A stretch of DNA of 64,000 nt from Bacteroidales bacterium (GCA_017550655.1 JAFZOK010000023.1:7047-71046); one strand, 5' to 3'. Positions 31,681-42,462 are shown, numbered from the stretch's first letter. The notes: generated by a model not told the origin, from the letters alone. Numbers and translations are program-made.

Positions 31681-32631
31681 ATGGATTCCATTGTAAGAAC
31701 CGATTTCGATTTAAAGGACCTTACCGGAAAATATACAGGAAAGGTCCGCGACGTGTACTTCATCAAAGACAAGTATATGGTGATGGTGGCAACGGACAGG
31801 ATCAGCGCCTTTGACGTTGTGCTGCCACGCGGAATCCCTTACAAGGGACAGGTTCTCAACCAGATAGCCGCAAAGTTCCTGGACTCTACCCAAGATATTG
31901 TACGCAACTGGAAGATAGCCTGCCCGGATCCGATGGTTACAGTGGGCTACAAGTGCCAGCCTCTTCCGGTTGAAATGATAGTAAGAGGCTATCTTACCGG
32001 CAGCAGCTGGAGAAGCTACAAGGCAGGTGCAAGACAAATCTGCGGAGTGGATATTCCGGACGGAATGCGCGAGCACCAGAAATTTGACCACCCTATAATA
32101 ACCCCTACCACAAAGGCCGAAATCGGCGGGCACGACCAGGATATCTCCAAGGAGGAAATCATAGCCAAGGGCCTGATTCCGGCAGACATTTACGCAAAGG
32201 TCGAGGATGCCGCCATGAAACTCTTTGAGCGGGGAACGGAGATAGCCGCGCAGAGAGGCCTGATACTTGTAGATACCAAATACGAGTTCGGACTGCTGGA
32301 CGGGGAGGTTTGCCTTATGGACGAAATCCACACCCCCGACTCCTCAAGATATTTCTACCTGGAGGGCTATCAGGACAGGTTCGACAAGGGCGAGCCGCAG
32401 AAACAGCTCTCCAAGGAGTTCGTAAGGGAGTGGCTGATGTCTAACGGATTCCAGGGAAGGGCCGGAGAAAAGGTTCCTGAAATGACAGACGGGATTGTTG
32501 CCGGCATTTCAGACCGCTACATAGAACTCTACGAGGCCGTGACCGCGGAGAAATTCGTAAAGCAGCCTTACGACAGCCAGGTATTTGAAAGGATAGAAGA
32601 AAACATTAAGAATATGCTTGCAAGACTATGA
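31681..32631 (+). CDS. purC: Phosphoribosylaminoimidazole-succinocarboxamide (SAICAR) synthase
   Basis: Start at ATG 31681 (MDSIVRTDF...), with GKVRDVYF and [11 protein letters not shown] motifs. The ORF-track start 31630 overlaps the previous gene. Confidence 0.93.
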   Translation: MDSIVRTDFDLKDLTGKYTGKVRDVYFIKDKYMVMVATDRISAFDVVLPRGIPYKGQVLNQIAAKFLDSTQDIVRNWKIACPDPMVTVGYKCQPLPVEMIVRGYLTGSSWRSYKAGARQICGVDIPDGMREHQKFDHPIITPTTKAEIGGHDQDISKEEIIAKGLIPADIYAKVEDAAMKLFERGTEIAAQRGLILVDTKYEFGLLDGEVCLMDEIHTPDSSRYFYLEGYQDRFDKGEPQKQLSKEFVREWLMSNGFQGRAGEKVPEMTDGIVAGISDRYIELYEAVTAEKFVKQPYDSQVFERIEENIKNMLARL

Positions 32632-34337
32632 AGGCCAAAAGTACAGTTCACCGATTAGCCCTGCGCCTTGCCATTGTCATTATGATGGCGGCCGCTCCGA
32701 CTCTTGCGCTTTCGCAGGTGAAAATCACCATATCAGACCAGATAGTGAGCGTCAAGGGAGAGAAGATGTATGTGCACAATGTAAACAAGGGAGAAACCAT
32801 CTACTCTATCTGCAAGGCATATAACATCACTGCGGACGAACTCCAGAGGCTGAACCCGATTATCGGCGACGGCCTCAAGGCGGGACAGCTTCTCTACATC
32901 CCCGTAAAGTATTTGCAGTCTGCCAAGCCAGAGGAACCTGAAGAAGTCCGGCCAGACCAGCCGCAGGAGGAGCAGCAGGAGCCTCAGGGTTATCTCACCC
33001 ATAAGGTAAAATGGTATGAGGACCTTGACGAAATCGCCGAGAAATACGGCGTTTCCCCAGAAGAGATTCTAACCTTCAACAACATAAAGAAGAAGAGGAA
33101 GGTAAAGACAGGAATGGAGCTCAAGATTCCTCTCAAGCAGAAGACAGAACCTTACACCGTTGAAACCGATCCGTCCCAGAATGTCGAGAATCCGCAGACA
33201 GATACTGACGTGGTGGAGACAGATACCACCACTACTCCGGAATATACCTATGACAATTACACTATGCCGGTGGTGGACAAGACAAAAACCAGAATCATTA
33301 CACTGCTTCTTCCGCTCAATTCCGAGGGCAAGGCAAACGGCAACTATATGGATTTCTACAGCGGAGCGCTTATGGCACTGGAGCAGATCAAGCGCGACGG
33401 AGGAAATATTCACCTTAACGTAATAGACTATGCCTCAGCGGATCTGGTTTCCATCGCAGAGTCGGACAAGATACAGGATGCCGATATGCTCATCGGCCCT
33501 ATCCGCTACGATGCACTGAAGGAGTTTGTGGGAGCGGCCAACCGTCTCAGGATTCCTCTGATTTCCCCTCTGGACGCTGCGGCGGACTCGCTTCTGGAAG
33601 AGAGTCCTTATCTTTTCCAGGCTGCGCTCTCAAAGAAAAGGCAGGCGGAGGCAATGGCGGAAATGATCGCGGAGAAATACCGCACCTGCCAGAATCCTAA
33701 TGTCATTCTGGTTTACAATTCTGAATCGTCGATGGGTGCCCAGGGAGATATGCTCAAGACCGCCCTTGAAGAAAGAGGCATCTATGTGGACAATGCCGGC
33801 GGTATCGGGGCCCTCGCCCATATGAGAAGAGACAGGGAAAACATCGTAGTGATACTTACCACAGCGGAATCATACGCTGCGGAGGCTCTCAGAAACCTGG
33901 ATATCAAGATGATTCCTCCTGAGAAGGTAATATTATTTGCAAATTCCAGATGGAAGACCTTCGAGACTCTGGACATGAACCTGTACTTCAAGTACAACAT
34001 GCAGATCTGCATGCCTTACAACGTTGATCTGGACAGGGACGAGGTAAAGCAGTTCATCCGCCGCTACCGCTCTCTGTACAAGAGGGAACCGAGCGCCAAC
34101 GCCTTCAGCGGATTCGATATAGTCTATCTGTTCTGCCGCAATTCCGTTCTCGGAATGAGGGAGTATGCGGAAAATCCTTTCAACTCTACGGCTTCAGGCT
34201 ATATGGAAAACAATCTGCTGCAACACAATATGCTGCAGCAGAAATTCAAGTTCGTGAAATATCCTGGAGGAGGATGGTACAACACGGCGGCTACTCAGGT
34301 ATCTTTCAATCCTGACTATACCATCACGTCGCGCTAA
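32628..34337 (+). CDS. Secreted protein with two LysM domains and a type-1 periplasmic-binding-protein-like domain
   Basis: 569 aa with a signal peptide and two LysM units ([29 protein letters not shown]; [27 protein letters not shown]) separated by a Pro/Glu/Gln linker. The C-terminal 350 aa resemble Leu/Ile/Val-binding-like folds. There is an ATGA overlap with purC. Confidence 0.7.
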   Translation: MKAKSTVHRLALRLAIVIMMAAAPTLALSQVKITISDQIVSVKGEKMYVHNVNKGETIYSICKAYNITADELQRLNPIIGDGLKAGQLLYIPVKYLQSAKPEEPEEVRPDQPQEEQQEPQGYLTHKVKWYEDLDEIAEKYGVSPEEILTFNNIKKKRKVKTGMELKIPLKQKTEPYTVETDPSQNVENPQTDTDVVETDTTTTPEYTYDNYTMPVVDKTKTRIITLLLPLNSEGKANGNYMDFYSGALMALEQIKRDGGNIHLNVIDYASADLVSIAESDKIQDADMLIGPIRYDALKEFVGAANRLRIPLISPLDAAADSLLEESPYLFQAALSKKRQAEAMAEMIAEKYRTCQNPNVILVYNSESSMGAQGDMLKTALEERGIYVDNAGGIGALAHMRRDRENIVVILTTAESYAAEALRNLDIKMIPPEKVILFANSRWKTFETLDMNLYFKYNMQICMPYNVDLDRDEVKQFIRRYRSLYKREPSANAFSGFDIVYLFCRNSVLGMREYAENPFNSTASGYMENNLLQHNMLQQKFKFVKYPGGGWYNTAATQVSFNPDYTITSR

Positions 34338-35125
34338 AACTCTCCTTTTTCGATATCCTTGAAGTAATTGACGGTACCTACCTTGAGTTCAACGGTGGCG
34401 GCATCGTCGCATACGATTATTCCCTTCTTGTGCATCTGGAGAATGGAAACAGTCCACATCTGGCTGATTCCCTCCTCGATTGCGTGGCGGAGAGCCCTTG
34501 CCTTGTTGTGGCCGTTAACCAGTATCAGAACCTCCTCGGCATCCATAATGGTTCCTACTCCCACGGTAAGCGCGGTCTTAGGCACCAGGTTGATGTCGTG
34601 GTTGAAGAATCTGGAGTTAGCAATAATGGTGTCTGTGGTAAGGCACTTCAGGCGGGTGCGGCTGGTCAGGGATGAACCCGGCTCGTTGAAAGCGATGTGG
34701 CCGTCAGGTCCGATTCCTCCCATGAACAGATGAATTCCGCCATAGGACTTGATCTTTTCCTCATAGCGGGCGCATTCTGCCAGAAGGTCCTTGGCATTGC
34801 CGTCCAGAATGTTGATGTTTTCCTCAGGGATGTCTATGTGGCGGAAGAAATTCTCTCTCATGAAAGTATGGTAGCTTTCAGGATGGTTTTCAGGTATTCC
34901 GACATACTCGTCCATGTTGAAAGTCACCACGTTCTTGAAGGAAATCTTGCCTTCCCTGTAATAATTGACCAGCTCCTTGTAGGTGCCGATTGGAGTTGAT
35001 CCGGTTGGAAGTCCCAAAACGAAAGGACGTTCCTTTGTAGGATTGAAGTCTGTAATTCTTTTAAGAATCAGCGATGCAGCCCATTTGGACATATCTGCAT
35101 ACGACTTCCGTATAATTAGTCTCAT
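34334..35125 (-). CDS. nagB: Glucosamine-6-phosphate deaminase
   Basis: 263 aa with [11 protein letters not shown] and [19 protein letters not shown]. Confidence 0.93.
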   Translation of the reverse strand: MRLIIRKSYADMSKWAASLILKRITDFNPTKERPFVLGLPTGSTPIGTYKELVNYYREGKISFKNVVTFNMDEYVGIPENHPESYHTFMRENFFRHIDIPEENINILDGNAKDLLAECARYEEKIKSYGGIHLFMGGIGPDGHIAFNEPGSSLTSRTRLKCLTTDTIIANSRFFNHDINLVPKTALTVGVGTIMDAEEVLILVNGHNKARALRHAIEEGISQMWTVSILQMHKKGIIVCDDAATVELKVGTVNYFKDIEKGEF

Positions 35126-35137
35126 AATATCTGGTTT

Positions 35138-36757
35138 TTATTTATTTGTTTCCAAAAGCACCTGTGCGTTTGCAATCGCCTGAGGCGTAGTCTTTTCTCC
35201 GCTGAGCAAACGAGCTATTTCCATAACTCTCTCCTGGCCCTGGAGATACTTCAGGCGGATGGCGGAGCGCCCGTCCTTGTCAGCCTCCTTGTAAACCAGC
35301 AGATGGGCATTCCCCTTGGATGCCACCTGCGGCAGATGGGTTATGGAAAACACCTGCATTATTTGCCCCATCTTCACTATCTGGCGGCCCATCTTGTCAG
35401 CCACGCTTCCGCTCACGCCCACATCTATCTCGTCGAAGAACATAGTAGGCATTTTCCTGAACGATGCCATCAGGCTTTTGATGCACAGCATAATGCGGGA
35501 GAGTTCCCCGCCGCTTGCAACCTTTTCCAGCGGCACGAGCTTTTCCTTCGGGTTGGCAGAGAAAAGGATCTGGACCCTGTCCTTCCCCACTGGCGTGTAT
35601 TCCTCTGAAGAAGCCAAATCTATGGTAAGTTCCGCAGAAGGCATCTCCAGATCCCTTATCATTCCCAGCAGAACCTTCTGCATCTTTGCCGCGCCCTTCC
35701 TTCTCTTTTCAGAAAGCTCCGCGGACAGTTTATCTCTATTTTCCCTGCGGGAGGAAAGTGAATGTAAAATCTCGTTTTTCCTGTCCGTAAGGAATTCCGT
35801 TCCGAGAACTGTTTTGGCAAGTTCATCTCTCAGGGCTATGAGGCCAGATTCTTCCTTTACCCCGAACCTTTTCATCAGGGAATAAAGGTCCCCGAGCCTT
35901 TCCTCAACCTGGGAACGCCTTGCCGGAGAAGCGGATACGCTCTCTGCAAAAGCCTCGATGTCCGAGGCTATGTCCTTGCACTCAATGCGGCAGCTTTCAA
36001 GCCTGCGCCTCAGGTCTTCCAGATGCGGAGCGTAAGCAGCACATTTATCCACGCACCTTTCAGCCTCCCTCAGGTTATGTATCACGGAGCTTTCCTCACC
36101 GTCCAGAACCGCCGCCGCAAAGGAAGAATTTTCCTTCAGCGTTTCAGCGTTTTCCAGAAGGGAAAGCTCACTCTCCAAAGCCTCGGTCTCGCCTTCTTTC
36201 AGGGAAGCGTCCTGAAGTTTCTTCAGGTCAGACAATTTGCCGGAAGTATCTTTCTCCGCCTCGGCGATTTGCCTTTCCACATCCTCCAGGTCTTTTTCAA
36301 GTTCCTTTACCGCCTCGTACTCTGTCTTATATTTCTGGAGGAGGGATCCGTTTCCACAATAGCCGTCTATCATATCCAGTTGCCAGAGCCTGTCTGCAAG
36401 AAGGATATTGTCTCTCTGCCCGTGAATGTCCAGAAGTCGGGAAGCCTCCTCTTCCATTTCGGAAGCGCTTACAGGGCAGTCATCCACAAAAAAGCGGGAA
36501 CGCATTCCGCCCGAAATAACCCTGCGCAGAATCTTCTCCTGCCCCTCAGTTTCAAACACTCCCTCTACCACACAGCTTCGGCCCTCGTCGCGGAGAATCG
36601 CCTTGTCTGCCCGGCCTCCCGATAAAAGAGAAACGGCGCCAAGCAAGACGGACTTGCCGGCACCTGTCTCTCCGGTCATAATTACCAGACCGTCAGGAAA
36701 CTCGATGTCAAGGCCCTCTATGAGGGCATAGTTCTGTATGGTCAGTTTCTTAAGCAC
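35138..36757 (-). CDS. recN: DNA repair protein RecN
   Basis: Walker A GETGAGKS, SMC signature ASGGELSRIMLC and Walker B MFFDEIDVG are present. The start is GTG (36755-36757), overlapping the TAG of the upstream gene by 1 nt. Confidence 0.92.
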   Translation of the reverse strand: MLKKLTIQNYALIEGLDIEFPDGLVIMTGETGAGKSVLLGAVSLLSGGRADKAILRDEGRSCVVEGVFETEGQEKILRRVISGGMRSRFFVDDCPVSASEMEEEASRLLDIHGQRDNILLADRLWQLDMIDGYCGNGSLLQKYKTEYEAVKELEKDLEDVERQIAEAEKDTSGKLSDLKKLQDASLKEGETEALESELSLLENAETLKENSSFAAAVLDGEESSVIHNLREAERCVDKCAAYAPHLEDLRRRLESCRIECKDIASDIEAFAESVSASPARRSQVEERLGDLYSLMKRFGVKEESGLIALRDELAKTVLGTEFLTDRKNEILHSLSSRRENRDKLSAELSEKRRKGAAKMQKVLLGMIRDLEMPSAELTIDLASSEEYTPVGKDRVQILFSANPKEKLVPLEKVASGGELSRIMLCIKSLMASFRKMPTMFFDEIDVGVSGSVADKMGRQIVKMGQIMQVFSITHLPQVASKGNAHLLVYKEADKDGRSAIRLKYLQGQERVMEIARLLSGEKTTPQAIANAQVLLETNK

Positions 36758-37083
36758 TAAGACTCGATCTTGCGCCAGTAAATTTCTCCATCCTGGAACT
36801 CCTTGACAGCCGTAAGGGTTGGCTTAGGGAGTTTCTCGTAATGACGGGATATCTCTATCTGCTCGCGGTTTTCGTAAGTCTCCTCAAGAGTGTCGGCAAC
36901 ATTGCTCTGTGAAAATTCCTCGAGCTTGTCGCTGAGCTCTTTCTTCAGCTCTGCGGCTATCTGGTTTGCCCTCTTTGCAATGATCACTACAGACTCGTAG
37001 ATGTTTCCGGTAGGCTCGCTGAGCTTGATAACGTCTCTTGTTACGGTATTGTCAGGAACCTTTGTTGATTTCTTCTCTTCCAT
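36757..37083 (-). CDS. Small acidic protein, probable RNA polymerase omega (Rpb6-like) subunit
   Basis: 108 aa. The NIYESVVIIAKRANQIAAE segment resembles the omega/Rpb6 core helix. The position between bamD and recN is conserved in Bacteroidales to my recollection, but this was not verified. Confidence 0.5.
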   Translation of the reverse strand: MEEKKSTKVPDNTVTRDVIKLSEPTGNIYESVVIIAKRANQIAAELKKELSDKLEEFSQSNVADTLEETYENREQIEISRHYEKLPKPTLTAVKEFQDGEIYWRKIES

Positions 37084-37106
37084 ATTGTATTTTATTCTGT
37101 TTCAGA

Positions 37107-38222
37107 TTATTGTTTCTTTTCTTCGTTTGCCTTTTCCTTTGCCTTGGCCTTAGCCTGCTCGTAAATCTTCAGGGCCTCCTCCCTTTCCTTGCGGGCCTTG
37201 CGCCTTTCGTTCTGGCGCTGGGTGCCTGAAGTCTCCTCGTTCACCTTCCTGGCCACGGCACTGCGGCTTTCAGCCTCGCGGACAGCCTTCTTTGCTTCCT
37301 TGATGGCTTTCTTGGTGTTCTTGCGGTCTGTCCTGATATTCTTGCCAGAACGTGCGGCCGCGGCATCTTCCTTGGCTACCAGAGCCGCAGCAGCAACCTG
37401 TGCGGAATCCAGGCCGGCCTTGAGCCCCACAACTTTCTGGGCCCTTACGAACAGCTGGTCCAGTTCCTTGCGCTCATTCACTTTAGGGAATTCGCCGATG
37501 AAGTTGTAATAATCGTCGATGAAAGTCATATACCTTTCCTTCTGCTTTTCCCTGATACTGTTGAAAGCATATTTGTAGGACGACATTGCGGTGTAGTAAA
37601 GGATTTCCTCACGGTAGCGGTTGTCGGAGTTCTCCCTGAGAACATTCCTCAGCGCATAATGGGAAGACTTGTAGTCTTTCATCGTGTAGTAGAGCTTGGC
37701 TCCCTCGTAAGCCTTGCGGTCCAGCCTCTCGTTAAACTCGTCCATCATCGCCTTGCAAACGTCGTAATACTCGCTCTGCGGATTGTCGTACATGAACTCG
37801 GCGATGGTGGCCATAGCCTTCTGGGTAGGAACCTGGTCCAGTTCCCAGCGGTAGGTGCCCTCATAGAGGCATTTGATCCTAAGGAACTTGGCCTCCTCGG
37901 CCATAGCGCTTCTCGGGAAGACCTCAAGAAATTTGTTGAAGTTCTGCTCGGCAGTGATATAGTCTCCGTAGCGGTAGTTGCTCATACCGTTGTAGAACTG
38001 CACGCTGTCTTCCTTGTCCGTTCCCTGGGAAAGGAAAATCATGCTCTCGAACAAAGCGGCAGCCTTGCGGTATTTGCCGTTCCCGTAATAGTACATTGCT
38101 CCCCGGAATCTCTCGTCCAGGTCCTGTGTCCTGAACAATGACTCGTAATAGCTCTTGCACCCGGAAAGGGCCAGAAGAGCAATCAGAGCAATGGAGGTAA
38201 CTTTTATTTTTCTCATCTTCAT
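37107..38222 (-). CDS. bamD: Outer-membrane protein assembly factor BamD (YfiO-like TPR lipoprotein) with a long charged C-terminal tail
   Basis: Lipobox (LLALSGCKS) and a TPR-like body (...YYYGNGKYRKAAALFE...FPRSAMAEEAKF...). The last roughly 100 aa are a Lys/Ala/Glu/Arg-rich low-complexity region. Confidence 0.8.
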   Translation of the reverse strand: MKMRKIKVTSIALIALLALSGCKSYYESLFRTQDLDERFRGAMYYYGNGKYRKAAALFESMIFLSQGTDKEDSVQFYNGMSNYRYGDYITAEQNFNKFLEVFPRSAMAEEAKFLRIKCLYEGTYRWELDQVPTQKAMATIAEFMYDNPQSEYYDVCKAMMDEFNERLDRKAYEGAKLYYTMKDYKSSHYALRNVLRENSDNRYREEILYYTAMSSYKYAFNSIREKQKERYMTFIDDYYNFIGEFPKVNERKELDQLFVRAQKVVGLKAGLDSAQVAAAALVAKEDAAAARSGKNIRTDRKNTKKAIKEAKKAVREAESRSAVARKVNEETSGTQRQNERRKARKEREEALKIYEQAKAKAKEKANEEKKQ

Positions 38223-38228
38223 ATCCCG

Positions 38229-39155
38229 TTATTGGCCCTGCAGGAAGCGGTCCGCCTCAATGGCAGCCCGGCATCCGGAAGCAGCGGCCGTAATAGCCTG
38301 TTTATAATGCACATCCGCAACATCCCCCGCAGCAAAAACGCCGGGGATATTGGTGGCAGGAGAATCCGGAAGTGTCTGTATGTAGCCTTCCTTGTCTGTG
38401 TTTACCCAAGGAGCGAACACCTCGGAATTCGGATGGTGTCCCACAGCCAGGAACACTCCCGTAACCGGAACAACCCTCGATTCTCCGCTAAACTTGTCTT
38501 CAATCTTTATGCCATTTACACCCTTGATATCCCCTACAACTTCCTTTGGAAGGCTGTTCCAGAGAATCTCGATGTTAGGGCGCGAGGCAACTTTTTCCTG
38601 CATCGCCTTGGAGGCACGCATCTGGTCGCGGCGGATAATCATATATACCTTGTTGCACATACCTGCCAGATACACAGCCTCTTCGCAGGCAGTATCCCCT
38701 CCGCCTACCACTGCCACGTCCTGCTTGCGGTAGAAGAAGCCGTCGCAGGTGGCGCAGGCGCTGACTCCGCTTCCCCTGAATTCCTGCTCTCCGGGTATGC
38801 CCAGATACTTGGCGCTTGCTCCGGTGGCGATTATCAGGGTGTCAGCCTCAACCTCCACGCTTCCGTCTACGGTAAGCTTGAACGGGCGGGAAGAAAGGTC
38901 GCAGGAAGTGATGGTTCCGGTACGGATTTCCGTCCCGAGCCTTTCCGCCTGCCTTCTCATATTGTCCACAAGCACAGTGCCGTCCACGCCTTCAGGGAAG
39001 CCCGGGAAATTCTCCACAACCGTAGTGGTGGTGAGCTGTCCTCCAAGCTCCATCCCGCTGTAAATTACAGGGGAAAGGTTAGCCCTTGCGGCATAGATGG
39101 CGGCAGTGTAGCCGGCCGGACCGCTTCCGGCAATCAGAACCCTGATTCTCTCCAT
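38229..39155 (-). CDS. trxB: Thioredoxin-disulfide reductase
   Basis: FAD site GSGPAGYTAAIYAARA, redox centre CATCDG, and NADPH site VVGGGDTACEEA. Confidence 0.95.
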   Translation of the reverse strand: MERIRVLIAGSGPAGYTAAIYAARANLSPVIYSGMELGGQLTTTTVVENFPGFPEGVDGTVLVDNMRRQAERLGTEIRTGTITSCDLSSRPFKLTVDGSVEVEADTLIIATGASAKYLGIPGEQEFRGSGVSACATCDGFFYRKQDVAVVGGGDTACEEAVYLAGMCNKVYMIIRRDQMRASKAMQEKVASRPNIEILWNSLPKEVVGDIKGVNGIKIEDKFSGESRVVPVTGVFLAVGHHPNSEVFAPWVNTDKEGYIQTLPDSPATNIPGVFAAGDVADVHYKQAITAAASGCRAAIEADRFLQGQ

Positions 39156-39173
39156 AAAACGTTACAAGTATAG

Positions 39174-40145
39174 TTAGCCCGCAAATTTAGTAAATCTGTC
39201 GCGAATATGAAAAACAAGTCTCTGCATCCAGACAAGAAGCAGGGACAGAGCCCATCTGGATAGAAGTATCACCCACCAGACGCCTCCTACGGAAACAAAC
39301 AGGACTAGATCCTCTATATTGCTGTGGGATATGCAGATATGCGTATTGAGCAATTGAATGTCTCTTTGGGATATCCTCCCCTTCTCCTTTTCCTGGAACA
39401 TTACGGCGGCTCCGTAAGCAAGACCGAGGGTATTTGCCACTATCCAAAGGAAAGAAGTGTCTGACGGAAGGCCGAACAGTTTCAGTGGCCAGCGGATAAC
39501 GTCTGTCAGAATCTTCATTATCCCGAACTCGTTGAGTATCTGCTGGATGATGGACAGAAGAAGTATCAGCACACTCATCTTGAGGCAGAGTTTCAGCAGG
39601 GAAAGGGCCCAAGGTCCGATGCTGTCTGCCAGAGTAATCTTCTCAGCTTCCACCTGTCCTAATGCACCCTGCGCCTCATACGGAAGTATCAGGTTGAGAA
39701 CGAATGCCAGCAGCAGTCCTCCGAGCGTCCTTTCCAGCACTATCCACAGAGCCGACGAGCCGGTTTTCTTCTGGACGGCGGTTTCCACAATCATATTGTG
39801 AGAGCAAAGCACCAGCACGGCCAATATGGTCACGCTTCTTGCGCTCAAGTTCAGCGATGCGCTTGCCGCTATCGCCGAGTAGACATTTACAAAATAGCCG
39901 CTGACATAAGCCAGAGACGCCTCTCCCGGAAGGCCTATGAAACTCATTACGGGCTCAAGGCTCCGGCTGATCCACGGAAGGGCTCCGGTAAGGCGCAGGA
40001 TATAGATGACAACAGAAACTATGGCGGTGATTCTGATCACCCACCACATTGTCTTCAACGCACCGGGAAGGGCCTCTTTAACACAAGAGGAAAGCCGCCC
40101 GCCGAAACTTCTGGCAGATGGCTTTCCTGAAGGATCTTCTTTCAA
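39174..40145 (-). CDS. Nucleoside-recognition (Gate) domain membrane protein
   Basis: 323-aa polytopic protein with two Gate-like halves. The real start may be the internal Met (MWWVIRI...). Confidence 0.6.
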   Translation of the reverse strand: MKEDPSGKPSARSFGGRLSSCVKEALPGALKTMWWVIRITAIVSVVIYILRLTGALPWISRSLEPVMSFIGLPGEASLAYVSGYFVNVYSAIAASASLNLSARSVTILAVLVLCSHNMIVETAVQKKTGSSALWIVLERTLGGLLLAFVLNLILPYEAQGALGQVEAEKITLADSIGPWALSLLKLCLKMSVLILLLSIIQQILNEFGIMKILTDVIRWPLKLFGLPSDTSFLWIVANTLGLAYGAAVMFQEKEKGRISQRDIQLLNTHICISHSNIEDLVLFVSVGGVWWVILLSRWALSLLLVWMQRLVFHIRDRFTKFAG

Positions 40146-40156
40146 ACGGAAACGGT

Positions 40157-40732
40157 TTAGTAGTTTTCTCCCTTAACCTCAAAGAAGGCCTGAGGATGCT
40201 GGCATGCAGGACACTCCTTTGGAGCATTCTTTCCGCGGCACACATATCCGCAGTTGCGGCACTTCCATACAACAACCTCGTCTTTTGCGAACACCTTTCC
40301 GCTCTTGAGGTTCTTCAGAAGGGCGCGGTATCTCTTTTCGTGAGCCTTCTCGGCTACGGCAATCTCCTTGAAGCACTTGGCGATTTCAGGGAATCCCTCC
40401 TCCTTCGCGATCTTTGCGAATTCAGGATAGGCAACCTTCCATTCCTCGAGCTCACCTTCTGCTGCGGCGAGCAAGTTGTCCTCGGTCTTTCCAATAATTC
40501 CTGCAGGGAAGGAGGCCTTGATCTCAACCATTCCGCCCTCCAGGAACTTGAAGAACTTCTTGGCATGTTCCTTCTCGTTGTCTGCAGTCTCTGTGAAGAA
40601 TGCGCTTATCTGCTCATAACCCTCTTTCTTTGCGGCACTTGCAAAGAAGGTGTAGCGGTTTCTGGCCTGGCTTTCGCCTGCAAAAGCACAAAGCAGGTTC
40701 TTTTCGGTCTTAGTTCCTTTCAAACTTTTCAT
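40157..40732 (-). CDS. rbr: Rubrerythrin
   Basis: 191 aa with diiron ExxH pairs (EKEHAKKF, EKAHEKRY) and a C-terminal rubredoxin-like centre (CRNCGYV...CPACQHP). Confidence 0.93.
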   Translation of the reverse strand: MKSLKGTKTEKNLLCAFAGESQARNRYTFFASAAKKEGYEQISAFFTETADNEKEHAKKFFKFLEGGMVEIKASFPAGIIGKTEDNLLAAAEGELEEWKVAYPEFAKIAKEEGFPEIAKCFKEIAVAEKAHEKRYRALLKNLKSGKVFAKDEVVVWKCRNCGYVCRGKNAPKECPACQHPQAFFEVKGENY

Positions 40733-40771
40733 ATCGGTGATTATTATACTTGGTTTCTTGATACGGCAAAT

Positions 40772-41668
40772 TTAAGATTTTTCCGCACGCTTTTCCCTAC
40801 TGCACACTATTATTATGATGAATACTGCGGCAAAAACCAGAATCATTCCCAAAAGGGAGTTGGAGGTAAAGGCCTCGCCGAAGAAAATCACTCCGCAGAT
40901 AACAGCCACTAGAGGTTCCATGCAGCCGAGTATTGCGGTTATGGTGCTTCCTGCCAGCTGGATAGCGTAAATCAGCGCAAAATCGCTGACCAGGGTCGGG
41001 ATTATGGCTAGGCAAAGCGCATAGATCCAGTGCTCTCCGGTTGTAAGCGGAGTAAAGTGAGCCCCTTTTACCATTACGTTTATAAAGAATATTATAGCGG
41101 AGTAGCCCAGCACCAGAAGCGTCTGCTTCATCCCCTCCATTTTCATAACCACAGGAGTACGGTTAACTCCCACCAGATAAGCCGGATAGGTTATGACCGT
41201 CACCAGCACCAGGATCAGGCCCGTAAGAGATATCTTCTCCCCGCTCACGCCTCCGGAAAGGAAGAAAACCCCGGCAACGCCCGCCGCGATGGCTATCACC
41301 TTCCAGATAGAAACCTTTTCCCTGAAGAACAGCATCATTGCCAAAGCTACCACTACCGGATAGAAGAAATGTATGGTTGTGGCCGTTCCGCTGGAAATGT
41401 ACTTGTAGGAAGCCGTAAGGAAGAAACTCGTGGCGGCGTAGAAAATGCTCAGGAGGGCCATCGCGCCCAGTTCCTTCCAGCTGTAATCCAGCTTAACACG
41501 CTTGATCTTGCATATCAGCCACATGAAAAAGGATGCGAAGGCAAAACGGTAGAAGCATACGCTGTCCAGGTCTATTCCCCTGTTTAGCAAGGGTATGGAG
41601 AACAGCGGTATGAAACCGAACGTGGCACTTGCCAGCATTGCCAGAAGCAGTCCCCTGAATTTCTTCAT
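40772..41668 (-). CDS. EamA/DMT-family transporter
   Basis: Start placed at ATG 41668 (MKKFRGLLLAMLASATFG). About 10 TM segments are arranged as two EamA repeats. Confidence 0.8.
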   Translation of the reverse strand: MKKFRGLLLAMLASATFGFIPLFSIPLLNRGIDLDSVCFYRFAFASFFMWLICKIKRVKLDYSWKELGAMALLSIFYAATSFFLTASYKYISSGTATTIHFFYPVVVALAMMLFFREKVSIWKVIAIAAGVAGVFFLSGGVSGEKISLTGLILVLVTVITYPAYLVGVNRTPVVMKMEGMKQTLLVLGYSAIIFFINVMVKGAHFTPLTTGEHWIYALCLAIIPTLVSDFALIYAIQLAGSTITAILGCMEPLVAVICGVIFFGEAFTSNSLLGMILVFAAVFIIIIVCSREKRAEKS

Positions 41669-41752
41669 CCGCGATTGTTTGAGGTGGCAAAGATAACACG
41701 CGGAGACGGAATTTTGAGTAAATTTGTTGGACAATTGAGATTTTACTCAGCG

Positions 41753-42457
41753 ATGAAAACAGACAAGACACTTGGAGTTCTGGGCGGGATGGGCCCTGCG
41801 GCCACCGCCGATTTCCTGATGCTGCTGGCAAAGAAAGACCCTGCAGAATGCGACCAGGACCATCCGCGGATGATAGTTTACGAATATACGGAAACCCCCG
41901 ACCGTACCACCTACCTTCTGGGAAAGGGACCGGATCCGAGGCGTTACCTCAGGGAAGGCCTTGAAACCCTTATTGGATGGGGAGCGGACTATCTCTGCGT
42001 AACCTGCAATACTGCCCACTATTTCATAGACGAGTTCCGCAGCGAGCTTTCCAAGCCAGTAATCCACATAATCGACGAGACCATACGCAAGGTGAGCAAG
42101 GTTTCCCCTTCCGGAGCCTGGCTTACGGCCACTTTGGGCACGATGAAGACCGGCCTGTACCAGAGGCACGCAAAGGACAGCGGCTACAACTTCGACATCG
42201 CAGACTATCAGACTCAGGTGGATATCCACGATGTCACGGACCTTGTGAAGGCTGGAAAAATCGAAGAGGCCGGAAAGAAATTCCGCCCGATAATCGAGGG
42301 TCTGTGGAAGATCAAGGAGCAGCCGATCGTGGGAGCCTGCACGGAAATCCCTATCGCATACGCCGCCACGGGCCTGGACCCGAAGATGCACATAAGCAGC
42401 CTAGATGCCCTTGCAGACGGCTGCGTAAGAGAACTTTACGGAATTGAACTTTACTGA
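41753..42457 (+). CDS. Aspartate/glutamate racemase-family protein (aspartate-racemase-like)
   Basis: Start at ATG 41753 (MKTDKTLGVLGGMGPAATADF). The two catalytic Cys contexts VTCNTAHYF and GACTEIP are present. Confidence 0.8.
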   Translation: MKTDKTLGVLGGMGPAATADFLMLLAKKDPAECDQDHPRMIVYEYTETPDRTTYLLGKGPDPRRYLREGLETLIGWGADYLCVTCNTAHYFIDEFRSELSKPVIHIIDETIRKVSKVSPSGAWLTATLGTMKTGLYQRHAKDSGYNFDIADYQTQVDIHDVTDLVKAGKIEEAGKKFRPIIEGLWKIKEQPIVGACTEIPIAYAATGLDPKMHISSLDALADGCVRELYGIELY

Positions 42458-42462
42458 TCGCG

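Noticed and set aside
38232-39173. 313-aa plus-strand ORF mirroring the whole of trxB. Similar long antisense ORFs lie at 22346..23356 (opposite korA), 30446..31333 (opposite the GT4 gene), 40118..40912 (opposite rubrerythrin) and 29090..29740 (opposite pdxJ).
   Set aside because: All are codon-register shadows of strongly supported genes. They have low-complexity, Arg/Ser/Gly-rich products and no independent start context.
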